Virus record (IMG/VR): IMGVR_UViG_3300042934_000356
Coordinates: 1 to 54,235 of that record
Length of the DNA: 54,235 nt
Reading direction: 5' to 3' (one strand)
DNA from: a virus
Taxonomy: Duplodnaviria > Caudoviricetes
The position numbers and the translations under genes are program-made. Within the stretch, counting starts at the first letter, position 1; each line of letters opens with the position of its first letter. Below, in pieces: positions 38,270 to 47,380 of the stretch. Under the pieces are notes generated by a model. The model saw nothing but the letters and a program-made list of their open reading frames with translations, searched no databases and was not told the origin of the DNA.

Positions 38270-40105
38270 CTAAAATGATATTGAGCTTGCACAACGTGGA
38301 GCATTTGAAAAATCTGCTTCAACTGGCTTGTTGATAATGCTGCCTCTTCTTAGCTGAGCTAAATACCAACATAATAAACCAAAAGTAAATGCTCTATCAT
38401 CATGCATAGTATTCCTTTTATCTGGAGGAAAATCATATTTCACATTTCCAGCACTTGTATACTTACACATTGTAATAATTTCAGTTTTCATTAAATCAAT
38501 TTGTGCTAAAGATGCTTGCTCATCATGAGATAAGTCATATTTGATTTCGTTTCCTTCATCATCAATATTAATTAAATAATCTTTACCATCAAAATCAGCA
38601 GGAAATGTAACTACTCCAAGTTTAACCATTTTTTCTGTGGCTTCAAATATTTCATTTCTGTGTGCCCTTGGATCTACTAACTTCATAATATCAATAGCAT
38701 CTGGAAAAGTACTTACAGCGGTTTCATTTGCTTTATGTGTTTTATCAATTATACCTTTATGCTCTTGTCCATCTTTTCCAAGCCAATTGTCTAGCATATA
38801 GTCTGAAACTCCACCAACCATTTGACCACCCGCACCAGAATCACAAATTACCGCTTTAATATTTTCATAATCTAATTTTCCTCTTTCATTTCCGTTATAA
38901 TCAATTAATAAATCTTGAAATTTCTTAACCTGATCCGGTAATCTCATAGGTGTTTTCTTTTTGGTAGATATATCAACTAAGCTAACGACATTATGTAAGT
39001 CCATGCACCAACCTTTTTCATTGTCTTCTCTAAATTCAGCCATTCCTATAATACTATTGTCATTTAATCTGGCACTATCCCAAGCAAATCCAAATAATCT
39101 ATTTCCCGTATCATTAACAAGCAATGGTGGTCTACGTTTTGTGTATTGCATAATATCACGCCTTGTCAATATTTGTCCCTCATGAGAGTCAGCGCTAAAT
39201 TTATTATATAATTCCCTAAGTGCCTTTTCTCTATTGTCACCCATAGCTTTATCAACTTTATCTTGTGATATTAAAGGCGGATATTCTTCGCCATTGAATT
39301 TGGCTTTCATAACTAAATCAATAGTATAATTACAAGCAAAATATTTTTGATCACCCATAATCATACGTTCAGAAAAATATTTAAATTTCTTATAAAATTC
39401 AGAAGAAGTGTCACTAGCAGAAGATGCATATAAAAGTTGTCTGGGCATACCTTTTGGCTCTAATGTAATATCAACATTACCGCCAAGTTTAAAGTTCTCG
39501 TCTTGGTTTACAAAGTTTTCAGCTTGTACAAATAATTCGTCAGAAAACCAACCAGCTTCATCAAAGCAAACCAAATTTGCTCTCTTACCCTTAATATTTG
39601 TTACATCTGAATTCAATGTGTTGATTTCAGAACCATTAAATAAAGTACATGTAAACGAAGCAGGATTGTGAACAAATCCGTCAGATGTAGCGCCACTCTT
39701 TTTTAACTCATTAAAAAATACATCTGTACTACCAGTAAAAGATTCGATTTCTTTCTTTGTTATTTTTTCAACTTTTTTATATGTTTCCTTTGCTTGATCA
39801 CCCGTATTTCCCAAGAAATATGTAACATGAAATGGAAACAGGGCACTTCTAAGCATAGTGTAAATAGCAAGTTCAGTTGTCTTTCCAGCATTTCTTGATT
39901 TTAGCCAGAGAACAAAATCTTTTGTCCATGAGTTATAAATGGCATATTTCTGCATGTCTAAAAGCTCAATTCCCATGAACCTACTTGAAAATTCTATAGG
40001 GTATGAACGCCCCCATTGTATTACTTTACAATACTTGTCATATGTTTCTAGTTTTCTTTGTGATATTTCTTTTTTTGATGGTCTATTGATAATAGTAGTA
40101 GACAT
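38270..40105 (-). CDS. terL: Terminase large subunit (YonF-like)
   Basis: SRNAGKT Walker A, VCFDEAG Walker B, YASSA motif III, WDSAR.ND nuclease motif, HDDR. Confidence 0.9.
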   Translation of the reverse strand: MSTTIINRPSKKEISQRKLETYDKYCKVIQWGRSYPIEFSSRFMGIELLDMQKYAIYNSWTKDFVLWLKSRNAGKTTELAIYTMLRSALFPFHVTYFLGNTGDQAKETYKKVEKITKKEIESFTGSTDVFFNELKKSGATSDGFVHNPASFTCTLFNGSEINTLNSDVTNIKGKRANLVCFDEAGWFSDELFVQAENFVNQDENFKLGGNVDITLEPKGMPRQLLYASSASDTSSEFYKKFKYFSERMIMGDQKYFACNYTIDLVMKAKFNGEEYPPLISQDKVDKAMGDNREKALRELYNKFSADSHEGQILTRRDIMQYTKRRPPLLVNDTGNRLFGFAWDSARLNDNSIIGMAEFREDNEKGWCMDLHNVVSLVDISTKKKTPMRLPDQVKKFQDLLIDYNGNERGKLDYENIKAVICDSGAGGQMVGGVSDYMLDNWLGKDGQEHKGIIDKTHKANETAVSTFPDAIDIMKLVDPRAHRNEIFEATEKMVKLGVVTFPADFDGKDYLINIDDEGNEIKYDLSHDEQASLAQIDLMKTEIITMCKYTSAGNVKYDFPPDKRNTMHDDRAFTFGLLCWYLAQLRRGSIINKPVEADFSNAPRCASSISF

Positions 40106-41220
40106 TAATTATCACCATCCAGTTCCGCTTTCAAAGCCTTGTTTTCAATTTTTAGTATTCTAATTACTTCCTCTAATTTTGTGATTTTCGTCTGATAGTC
40201 GTCTAACATTTCTGCTTGTGTTGCTACCATTCTTGCATATTCATCTGAAGTAAAACTTAATTCATCAAACAAAGCTTTGGCATTATCTTTAGCAATTTCT
40301 TGAAATGAATTCGATAATTTTACATCAACAATATTAACTTTGATTTCTTCAAATCCATTTTCCGCCATTTCCTTCATGATATTGGTGAGAGTATTACTTC
40401 CTTTACTTCCTTTACCACTACCTTTTGCTGATATGCCATTATCATTAGCACTTGAGTTGATTGTTCTTGACAACTTGTCTTTAATCTCGGTAAGAGATTT
40501 TATTAAACTATTATCTGGTATCTTTTGCCTAAACTCACTATTAATCAGCTTATCTACATTCTCTACCTGTAAAGTTGTTTTGACTAACGAAATAACACTC
40601 TGCATTTTATGAGGGTCTTCAATTACATCATCTGTCAAATAATCTGCCAAAGTATTAAATAAGAACTTTCTGTTGGCATCTGTATAATTTTCATCATCAA
40701 AACAATCATAACCAACTGTTTGAAGTACATAAGCTTTATTTTTTCTATCTGAAGAATTCCATTTTGCCTCTTCCTCTGATTTTCCAGTGTCATATTCATC
40801 TTGTTCAGCTTTATCTTTTAAGGTATTTACTAAATATGTAGTGAAATTTTTTGCTTTATATTGTGTGCCATTAAGCAACTTACTATAGTTCCCATATGAA
40901 AAATTAGCATTAACTTTGACTTTTTCATACAAGTCTTCTGCAAAATAAACGTCAAGATAATGACAAAGGATAATGAGTGCCATCTTTTCATCTTTATATT
41001 TTGATTTCATATCGTCAAAGAGTTCATTCGCACAATCACAGCAAATATTTGTATATAACTCATTTGAAGTGAATAGTGGACTAGTTTTTGACATAAAGAA
41101 AAATCCTTTTGGATCATCTTTTGTTTTTCCACATCTAGTACACTTATACGATGGAGCATTATCGCTAGTAGGTTTAACAATACGCTTACTATTTGGAGAT
41201 TTTGGTTTTGTAATAGCCAT
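40105..41220 (-). CDS. Zinc-finger protein upstream of terminase (YonG-like; possible small terminase subunit)
   Basis: CTRCG...CCDC; overlaps the terL start. Confidence 0.55.
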   Translation of the reverse strand: MAITKPKSPNSKRIVKPTSDNAPSYKCTRCGKTKDDPKGFFFMSKTSPLFTSNELYTNICCDCANELFDDMKSKYKDEKMALIILCHYLDVYFAEDLYEKVKVNANFSYGNYSKLLNGTQYKAKNFTTYLVNTLKDKAEQDEYDTGKSEEEAKWNSSDRKNKAYVLQTVGYDCFDDENYTDANRKFLFNTLADYLTDDVIEDPHKMQSVISLVKTTLQVENVDKLINSEFRQKIPDNSLIKSLTEIKDKLSRTINSSANDNGISAKGSGKGSKGSNTLTNIMKEMAENGFEEIKVNIVDVKLSNSFQEIAKDNAKALFDELSFTSDEYARMVATQAEMLDDYQTKITKLEEVIRILKIENKALKAELDGDN

Positions 41221-41284
41221 AGCAGTCAGCTCCTCTCATTATTTTTTGTATAGAAAAAGCAACTGATTTTCACAGTTGCTATGT

Positions 41285-41863
41285 TTAAATCTTATTAATA
41301 AATCTCTTTAAATCTCTTTTTAGAGCATACCAAAAACCTTTATTTATTTCTGATATAATAAAAGTGCAATTATCAATATGACATAATGCTACTAATTCAT
41401 CTCTGCCTTTTCTTGCATCTTCTAATTCTTTTTCTGTCATAGCAGATGTATAGAAATTATCTTCTACATGTTCTGTAAAATAAATTAAACTGTCTTTGTG
41501 TTCTTTTAGACATTTCTTATATTTATAATAATTCTTTACCCATGATTTTGAATACTTATTAGTATAACAATTCCAATAAATATCTTTTGGTGATATCCCA
41601 TATGGCACAATTAAAGAAGTTGCTCCACTAAAATAAGTGTCATAAGAATATTCTTGATTTTTGTCTAATTGACTTTTCCATAAATTCATATACTCATCTG
41701 CTTTATTATCAAATTCTTCCCATAATTCATCAGAATTTTTTACTGATACAGGTACTCCTACATTAAATATATTTGCATGACAATCTGTTTTATCATTATA
41801 AATAGTTTTTGTTACAACTTCATAGTTACGTAACCTATACAGCAAAATTATTCCTTCTTTCAT
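41285..41863 (-). CDS. Hypothetical protein
   Basis: ORF of about 190 aa flanked by terminators. Confidence 0.6.
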   Translation of the reverse strand: MKEGIILLYRLRNYEVVTKTIYNDKTDCHANIFNVGVPVSVKNSDELWEEFDNKADEYMNLWKSQLDKNQEYSYDTYFSGATSLIVPYGISPKDIYWNCYTNKYSKSWVKNYYKYKKCLKEHKDSLIYFTEHVEDNFYTSAMTEKELEDARKGRDELVALCHIDNCTFIISEINKGFWYALKRDLKRFINKI

Positions 41864-41965
41864 ATTTAATTAACAGTGGAAGAGTAGTAATCCCACTAAA
41901 AAAGCAGATAAGCTTTGACCCCTATCTACTTTGATGTAACTATGTATTATATTATTATTATAATT

Positions 41966-42760
41966 TTAGGCTGTCTGCCTTACTTTATTCTCTTTAAAAG
42001 TAACATTGTGCATTTTATTAAGCATATTCATTCTATCGGTATACCCCATATTCATGCGAAGTAACACTTGATTTTGTCTTTCAAGAAATAACAACTCTTC
42101 ATTATGGTCTTTCTTTAAATAATCTCTAATAAGTTCATTCGTAGGACAATTATATTTGAGTTTCAGCTCTTGGCTCGTTAATCCTGTTACGATTTTATTT
42201 ATTCCATCAGCTTCTACGGAATAGACAGATTTACTCGCCTTTTTATGCCAAACACGCAGCATCCACGCATCAACTTCAAAACTCATATTTTTGTATTCTT
42301 CTTTTTCTGGGTCACGAATTTCTAACCACTGTTTATTTTCGTGAACTACCTTTTCCATAAGGATAAAGTATTTTCTTACAATTCTACTTGTTTCCTTTAG
42401 CTCATTGCTTGCTTGTGAATTTCTACCAGTATACATCGCAATTTCTTTTGCCAGTCCTAGAGTCAGGAAATATTCTTCTTCATTAATAAATTTTCCATGA
42501 TTATCATCGGTTTCCCGTGGGGAACTGATGATATAATCAACGTTTACCAGATAATCTTTTAAATTTGATTTAATCCATGTTGAAAACTTTTTCTTTACTC
42601 CAAGTTGCTTATGTAAGATTCTTGCGTCTACAGAAAACTCTTCAATATTTACATTATCAACTATAATTGGTAGTTTCTTTTGATATTCCATTACTAATTT
42701 AACTTCTTCTTCGTTACAACCTAAACGTTCTAATTCTTTTTTACTAAATTTTTGATTCAT
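41966..42760 (-). CDS. AntA/AntB-family antirepressor
   Basis: VDARILH..L.VK..FSTWIK, EYFLT..AKEIAM, VRKYFI.MEK. Confidence 0.85.
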   Translation of the reverse strand: MNQKFSKKELERLGCNEEEVKLVMEYQKKLPIIVDNVNIEEFSVDARILHKQLGVKKKFSTWIKSNLKDYLVNVDYIISSPRETDDNHGKFINEEEYFLTLGLAKEIAMYTGRNSQASNELKETSRIVRKYFILMEKVVHENKQWLEIRDPEKEEYKNMSFEVDAWMLRVWHKKASKSVYSVEADGINKIVTGLTSQELKLKYNCPTNELIRDYLKKDHNEELLFLERQNQVLLRMNMGYTDRMNMLNKMHNVTFKENKVRQTA

Positions 42761-43161
42761 GTATTTCCCCTTACGATTTATTTACAAGCTTTTCACCTTG
42801 CATATTCCTCGCTGTAGAATATTCTTTTCACACATATTCCTAATTCGCTGTAGCACATCATCTCACGGGTGCTAATTATCTCTGTAATAGGGGAGCAGTG
42901 GGCTATTTTCACTTTCCACAAGTTTTCTCTGTTTATATGCGTTTTGGTAACCCGGACACGCTCCGCACGATATTCAATTGTAATGATGCAAATTTGCGCA
43001 TCAAAAAAGACCATATCTTTTGACAGATACAGTCCTAGGTATATCTTTCTAAATGGTTGAGATTTCACTCTCGATTCACACATAGTTGGGATTTTATACC
43101 CTATTTTCACGATAAAATTCTAAATTGATTGTTTGCGTATCATATTATCCATAATAAAAAA

Positions 43162-43620
43162 TTAATCCTCATCGAATCCAAATAGAAGAGTAGGTATATC
43201 ATTTTTATCTAACATGTCAAGTACATCCTGTTTTGTATCTTCCTGATAAACAAAAGCTAATGTTGCCTCAGAATTAAAAGGCTTATATTCGGAAGTGTTA
43301 TCATCATATCTTAATGCCGGCTCTATCCAAATCTCGTTTAAGTCGTTTATTGATAAGCAGTATAAGTCATCATAATCACCATCAATACATTTTCCTTCAA
43401 AGTCAATTACAGCAATCTTAAATTCATAATCCAATTCAGGATTTAATAATTCTATAAATATTTTCTCAATTAATTCTGCTTTAGCATAAACCTCTATTGT
43501 TTCATACTTTCTAGCACAATCAACAGCTTCTAATATATTTGACACCAAACAATCTTCACAGCAAAAATCTGTAATCTGAAGACGATCATCATCTTTAAAA
43601 TTATATATCATTGTCCTCAT
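43162..43620 (-). CDS. Acidic hypothetical phage protein
   Basis: 152-aa ORF with AAGGA RBS. Confidence 0.65.
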   Translation of the reverse strand: MRTMIYNFKDDDRLQITDFCCEDCLVSNILEAVDCARKYETIEVYAKAELIEKIFIELLNPELDYEFKIAVIDFEGKCIDGDYDDLYCLSINDLNEIWIEPALRYDDNTSEYKPFNSEATLAFVYQEDTKQDVLDMLDKNDIPTLLFGFDED

Positions 43621-43646
43621 TCCTTTTCTATGTATTATATTATTTT

Positions 43647-44882
43647 TTAATTTAACTGCACGTCTTTAATTAACTCTATTTCATTAGGTTTTGTTATAAT
43701 AATAGTTTGGCTTGCAACAGTAGCACAACCAAAATTAGTACTGTAATCGTTGTATCCGCTTAAGCAGCCACCAGAAACTATGTATCTTCCTTTATTTTCT
43801 GAAATCACTCGATGATTATGTTCATGTCCTTTTAATAAAATTTGATAGAATTCTTCATCCATAGAAATATCATTCTTTAAATCTGTCTTATCATCCTTGG
43901 CACCCTTATCTCCGTGTTTTGCTTTAATACTTAATCCATTGACCATTTTTACAATTTCTTTATCCGTATGAGGCCTATCTATTACTGTAAGCCTAACCAA
44001 ATTAGATAATTCCTTGTATTTTTTTATTTGTTCGCAAATTATGGTATCTGCATTATCTCCATCTAAGTTGGCAGAATAATCTCCATTGGTGCGATCATGA
44101 TTTCCATAAATACTATCATATTCGACATTACACTTTTCGCATAAGGCCACCAATAATCTAAAAATAATTTCAATAGCATGATTAATTTGTTGTGCTTGAT
44201 TAAACTCACAAAACTGAGATTGATTCTTTCTCATAGAGATGTGCTCTATCATGTCTCCGGTATTGATAACGTAAATATTTTTTACATCATATAACTCAAT
44301 ATATCTACGACATTCAGAAATTAATTTATTAACACGATTATTTGCTATTTCCCAATTGTAATAATTACCTTTGCAATTTTCTATAATATAGCCAATATGC
44401 CAATCTGTTATGTGAACAATCATTTTATATTCGCCAATTTCATCTAACTCAACATGGCAATATTCCGGAACATTAACAGTAAATCCATTTTTCTCTTGAA
44501 TAGCAGCAAGTTCTTCCGCTATAGAAATTGATTTTACAAATTCAGTTTTAAATTTATTAATCTGAGACTTATCATTTTGTAGTTGCTTCTTTAACAGAAA
44601 TTGCTCTCCAATTAACTCTTTAGCTTGAGAAATTTTTGTAGTGGAAGAGGAGTTTATAACACCTTTCCATTTTAAATATTCAGATACAAATGCTCCACCA
44701 AAAATTGTTTGAGAAGCTTTTCTAACCGTATCATAATGAGCTTTGATGTTATATTTTTCTTTTATTTCATTCCAATCTAAATCATTTAACCCAGTCATTT
44801 TATCCGATATATCTTTCAAACATAATTCATATTGTTCTACGTTAATTCCATACTTACTAATTTCTTCTTCAAAGTTGTATAT
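43647..44882 (-). CDS. Calcineurin-like metallophosphoesterase (YonJ-like), apparent ATA start
   Basis: DWHIG, GD.IE, GNHDR, HGD, GHEH motifs; the frame is open to ATA 44882 after a GAGAGG RBS (ORF track starts at TTG 44819). Confidence 0.85.
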   Translation of the reverse strand: MYNFEEEISKYGINVEQYELCLKDISDKMTGLNDLDWNEIKEKYNIKAHYDTVRKASQTIFGGAFVSEYLKWKGVINSSSTTKISQAKELIGEQFLLKKQLQNDKSQINKFKTEFVKSISIAEELAAIQEKNGFTVNVPEYCHVELDEIGEYKMIVHITDWHIGYIIENCKGNYYNWEIANNRVNKLISECRRYIELYDVKNIYVINTGDMIEHISMRKNQSQFCEFNQAQQINHAIEIIFRLLVALCEKCNVEYDSIYGNHDRTNGDYSANLDGDNADTIICEQIKKYKELSNLVRLTVIDRPHTDKEIVKMVNGLSIKAKHGDKGAKDDKTDLKNDISMDEEFYQILLKGHEHNHRVISENKGRYIVSGGCLSGYNDYSTNFGCATVASQTIIITKPNEIELIKDVQLN

Positions 44883-44992
44883 TTATAATCATTCCTCTCT
44901 GTATTCAAATTTTTCTTGCAATCCAACCTATATTGATGTATAGTGTATTTAGTGGAAGTTTACGATAAAATCGGAAATAAAATAAAATAGAA

Positions 44993-45226
44993 TTATTCAT
45001 CATCATCTTCATTAAGAAATTCAACTTCGTAATCATACATTTCTTCGGGTTCATTAAGAAATTCTCTTAGTATAGCAGTGTCTTTCTCATGTTCTAATAT
45101 ACGTTTAGAAGGAGTCGTTTTAAGTGACTCTATCCATACTTCAAGTAATTCTGTAAACTTATTAATTACTGGCACCATAAAAATAATAGTAACTATGCCT
45201 CCTATATAATACTTCAAATTTTTCAT
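44993..45226 (-). CDS. Small membrane-anchored hypothetical protein
   Basis: N-terminal TM segment; GAGGT RBS. Confidence 0.6.
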   Translation of the reverse strand: MKNLKYYIGGIVTIIFMVPVINKFTELLEVWIESLKTTPSKRILEHEKDTAILREFLNEPEEMYDYEVEFLNEDDDE

Positions 45227-45252
45227 AGAACTACCTCTTGTTATTATTAGTT

Positions 45253-46485
45253 TTACATGTTATCAACGAGCGCAGCCAATTTGCTTCTCCACACATTTTG
45301 TAATTGTACATATCCAAAAACATCATTTCCCTGTAATATTTCAATCATTCTTAATAGTCCATTATTTTCGTTATTAAACATAGGATTATCTATCTGAGCA
45401 TAGTCACCCTCTACAATTACTTTTGCTTCAGAAGACACTCTCGACAAGCATATCTTCATTAAATCAACCGAAGTGTTTTCTGCTTCAGTAATCCACAGGA
45501 TTTCGTTGTCAAGTATTTCCATGCCTCGGCAATCAGACATACATACAAGTTTTAATTTTTCTTGTTGAATCATCATATCAACACCAAGTCTATTCCCAAA
45601 CTTTGTTGTAAGTATCTGTCCTATATTTGATTGCATAGCCTTTTCTATAGCAGATCCACTATAATAGCCTTGCTGCTGTGCACCCCGTACTGGAGTAGGA
45701 TTATGTAAAATAACCAATTTATCATACTTTCCGGTTTCAATAAGGTTCATAGCACAAACTAAAGATAAAAGAGACTTTCCGCTACCAGCCTTTCCTGAAA
45801 TACCAGTAATTTGATTATTCATAATTGAATCAATTACCATTGACTGATAGATATCTTTGGCTTTTATTTTATCTCCAAAAGAGACTGATTTAACAGATTT
45901 CTTATATAAAGAAAGATGAGATTGCCCATCCCATCTGTATGCATCTAAAATATTATTCTTTTTATCCTTAATAATGAAATATTCATTTACAACTAAATCA
46001 TAAACGTTATTCCTTATATTACCATAGAAGTATGACATTTCGTCATTATCCATAGATATTTCCAAAAACCCTTTGTATTGTTCCCTGTCTAACTGTTTAA
46101 TACCTTCTGCTTTTAATCCAAATATCTTGTTTGCTATGTTTTTACAGCAGATATCATCACTTATAAATACAATTTCATGTTCTTTTGAATATAAATAAGC
46201 TGAAGCAACTATAATATTATCAGGAGTATATTCTAATCTAAATTCGTCAATGATTTCTCTAACTTCCATGTTGTTGATAACAACATCATATTCTTCTTTA
46301 TGTATATCTAATAACTTTGATAATGTTCTACATTTAAATTTGACATCTTGATCTTTATTTCCTGATACTTTGATATTTTCTATTTCTTCTAGTGTTTTAG
46401 AACTACAGATAAATTTATTTTCAAATGCTTTGTTAAGAAGTTTGATTAAAGCATTTGTATCGTAGAATGGTAATTTATTTACCAC
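45253..46485 (-). CDS. phoH: PIN-PhoH protein
   Basis: PIN: FYDTNAL, EEIE, PDN, SDD; PhoH: GKAGSGKS, RG, EAEN, SRV, GD..QID. Confidence 0.9.
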   Translation of the reverse strand: MVNKLPFYDTNALIKLLNKAFENKFICSSKTLEEIENIKVSGNKDQDVKFKCRTLSKLLDIHKEEYDVVINNMEVREIIDEFRLEYTPDNIIVASAYLYSKEHEIVFISDDICCKNIANKIFGLKAEGIKQLDREQYKGFLEISMDNDEMSYFYGNIRNNVYDLVVNEYFIIKDKKNNILDAYRWDGQSHLSLYKKSVKSVSFGDKIKAKDIYQSMVIDSIMNNQITGISGKAGSGKSLLSLVCAMNLIETGKYDKLVILHNPTPVRGAQQQGYYSGSAIEKAMQSNIGQILTTKFGNRLGVDMMIQQEKLKLVCMSDCRGMEILDNEILWITEAENTSVDLMKICLSRVSSEAKVIVEGDYAQIDNPMFNNENNGLLRMIEILQGNDVFGYVQLQNVWRSKLAALVDNM

Positions 46486-46515
46486 ACATTCACCATCTTT
46501 CATAAGTTATTATTT

Positions 46516-46689
46516 TTAATACTGAAAATCCTCTTCAACAATAGTCTTTTTAAGCTTTTTCTTTTCTTTAATATTCAATTTTCTTTTGTCTCTACTTTGC
46601 AAATCGGATATTTTATCCTTTGCGATTTTGTTTACTTTCTTAATCATTTTTTCTAAATCATAAGACTGTATTATATTGTTATCATTCAT
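46516..46689 (-). CDS. Small basic hypothetical protein, 57 aa
   Basis: ORF between the tRNA and phoH, with AAGGAAG upstream. Confidence 0.45.
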   Translation of the reverse strand: MNDNNIIQSYDLEKMIKKVNKIAKDKISDLQSRDKRKLNIKEKKKLKKTIVEEDFQY

Positions 46690-46743
46690 AAAAGATTATC
46701 AAATCTTCCTTTCATAGTTAAAATATTCTTCCGTAGAAGATAG

Positions 46744-46830
46744 CGGTATGAGTAGGATTTGAACCTACGGTGCTTTTACACACATCTGTTTTCAAGACAG
46801 ACACCATAAACCAGACTCGGACACCATACC
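46744..46830 (-). tRNA. tRNA-Ser(UGA); CCA not encoded
   Basis: GGTATGG/TCATACC acceptor stem, TCTGT-CTTGAAA-ACAGA anticodon arm, long variable arm, GTTCAAATC T-loop, G discriminator. Confidence 0.92.
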
Positions 46831-47147
46831 AAAAATAAGACCTCCTAAGAAGTCTTTATAGACCATAGACCCGTAGGTTACTATAGTATGATCACTTATT
46901 TCTAAATTGTCCATTTAAGGATTCGTTTTTAATTATTGGCTGTTTTACGGCCATATGAATTCATATGATTGACCACATTTAATCTGACTTCCCATCCACG
47001 TCAGAACCAATAATTCTAAATTTCCGTTTTGGATTCAGACAGTGTTCCACCCGTTGTATGCAGCAACACACCATCCGATAGAATAGAAGTATATGAAAAA
47101 TATAGAAAGCTTAATTGAAATATTTGCGTTTTATATTATTTGCTATT

Positions 47148-47185
47148 AAAAAAATAGGGCAGAAACTTGCGAGTCTACCCTATTA
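47148..47185 (-). terminator. Intrinsic terminator downstream of the RNAP gene
   Basis: ATAGGGTAGA...TCTGCCCTAT followed by a T-run. Confidence 0.65.
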
Positions 47186-47380
47186 TATTTATATCCACAT
47201 ATCAAGCCTGTGGAGAGGCTATAAGATCCGGATTCCATATTTGTAGCCCGCAATTGGCAATAGCGGAGAAGTCTACTTGTACAATCTCGTACGTTCTTCC
47301 TTCATATAACACCCTCATTTTATTTTCTGTAATAGGCTTAAATACTAGGTTTATTTAAAAAGCAATACACCAAATTTATC

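Noticed and set aside
42793-43110. 105-aa minus-strand and 63-aa plus-strand ORFs upstream of the antirepressor
   Set aside because: No RBS and atypical composition; the region is better explained as a structured leader.
46690-46743. tRNA-associated theta (HDV-like) ribozyme
   Set aside because: The 3' trailer has only a short TCTTC/GAAGA hairpin and no HDV-like nested pseudoknot that I can see.
47167-47358. 63-aa plus-strand ORF
   Set aside because: TTG start without an RBS, inside a terminator and hairpin region.
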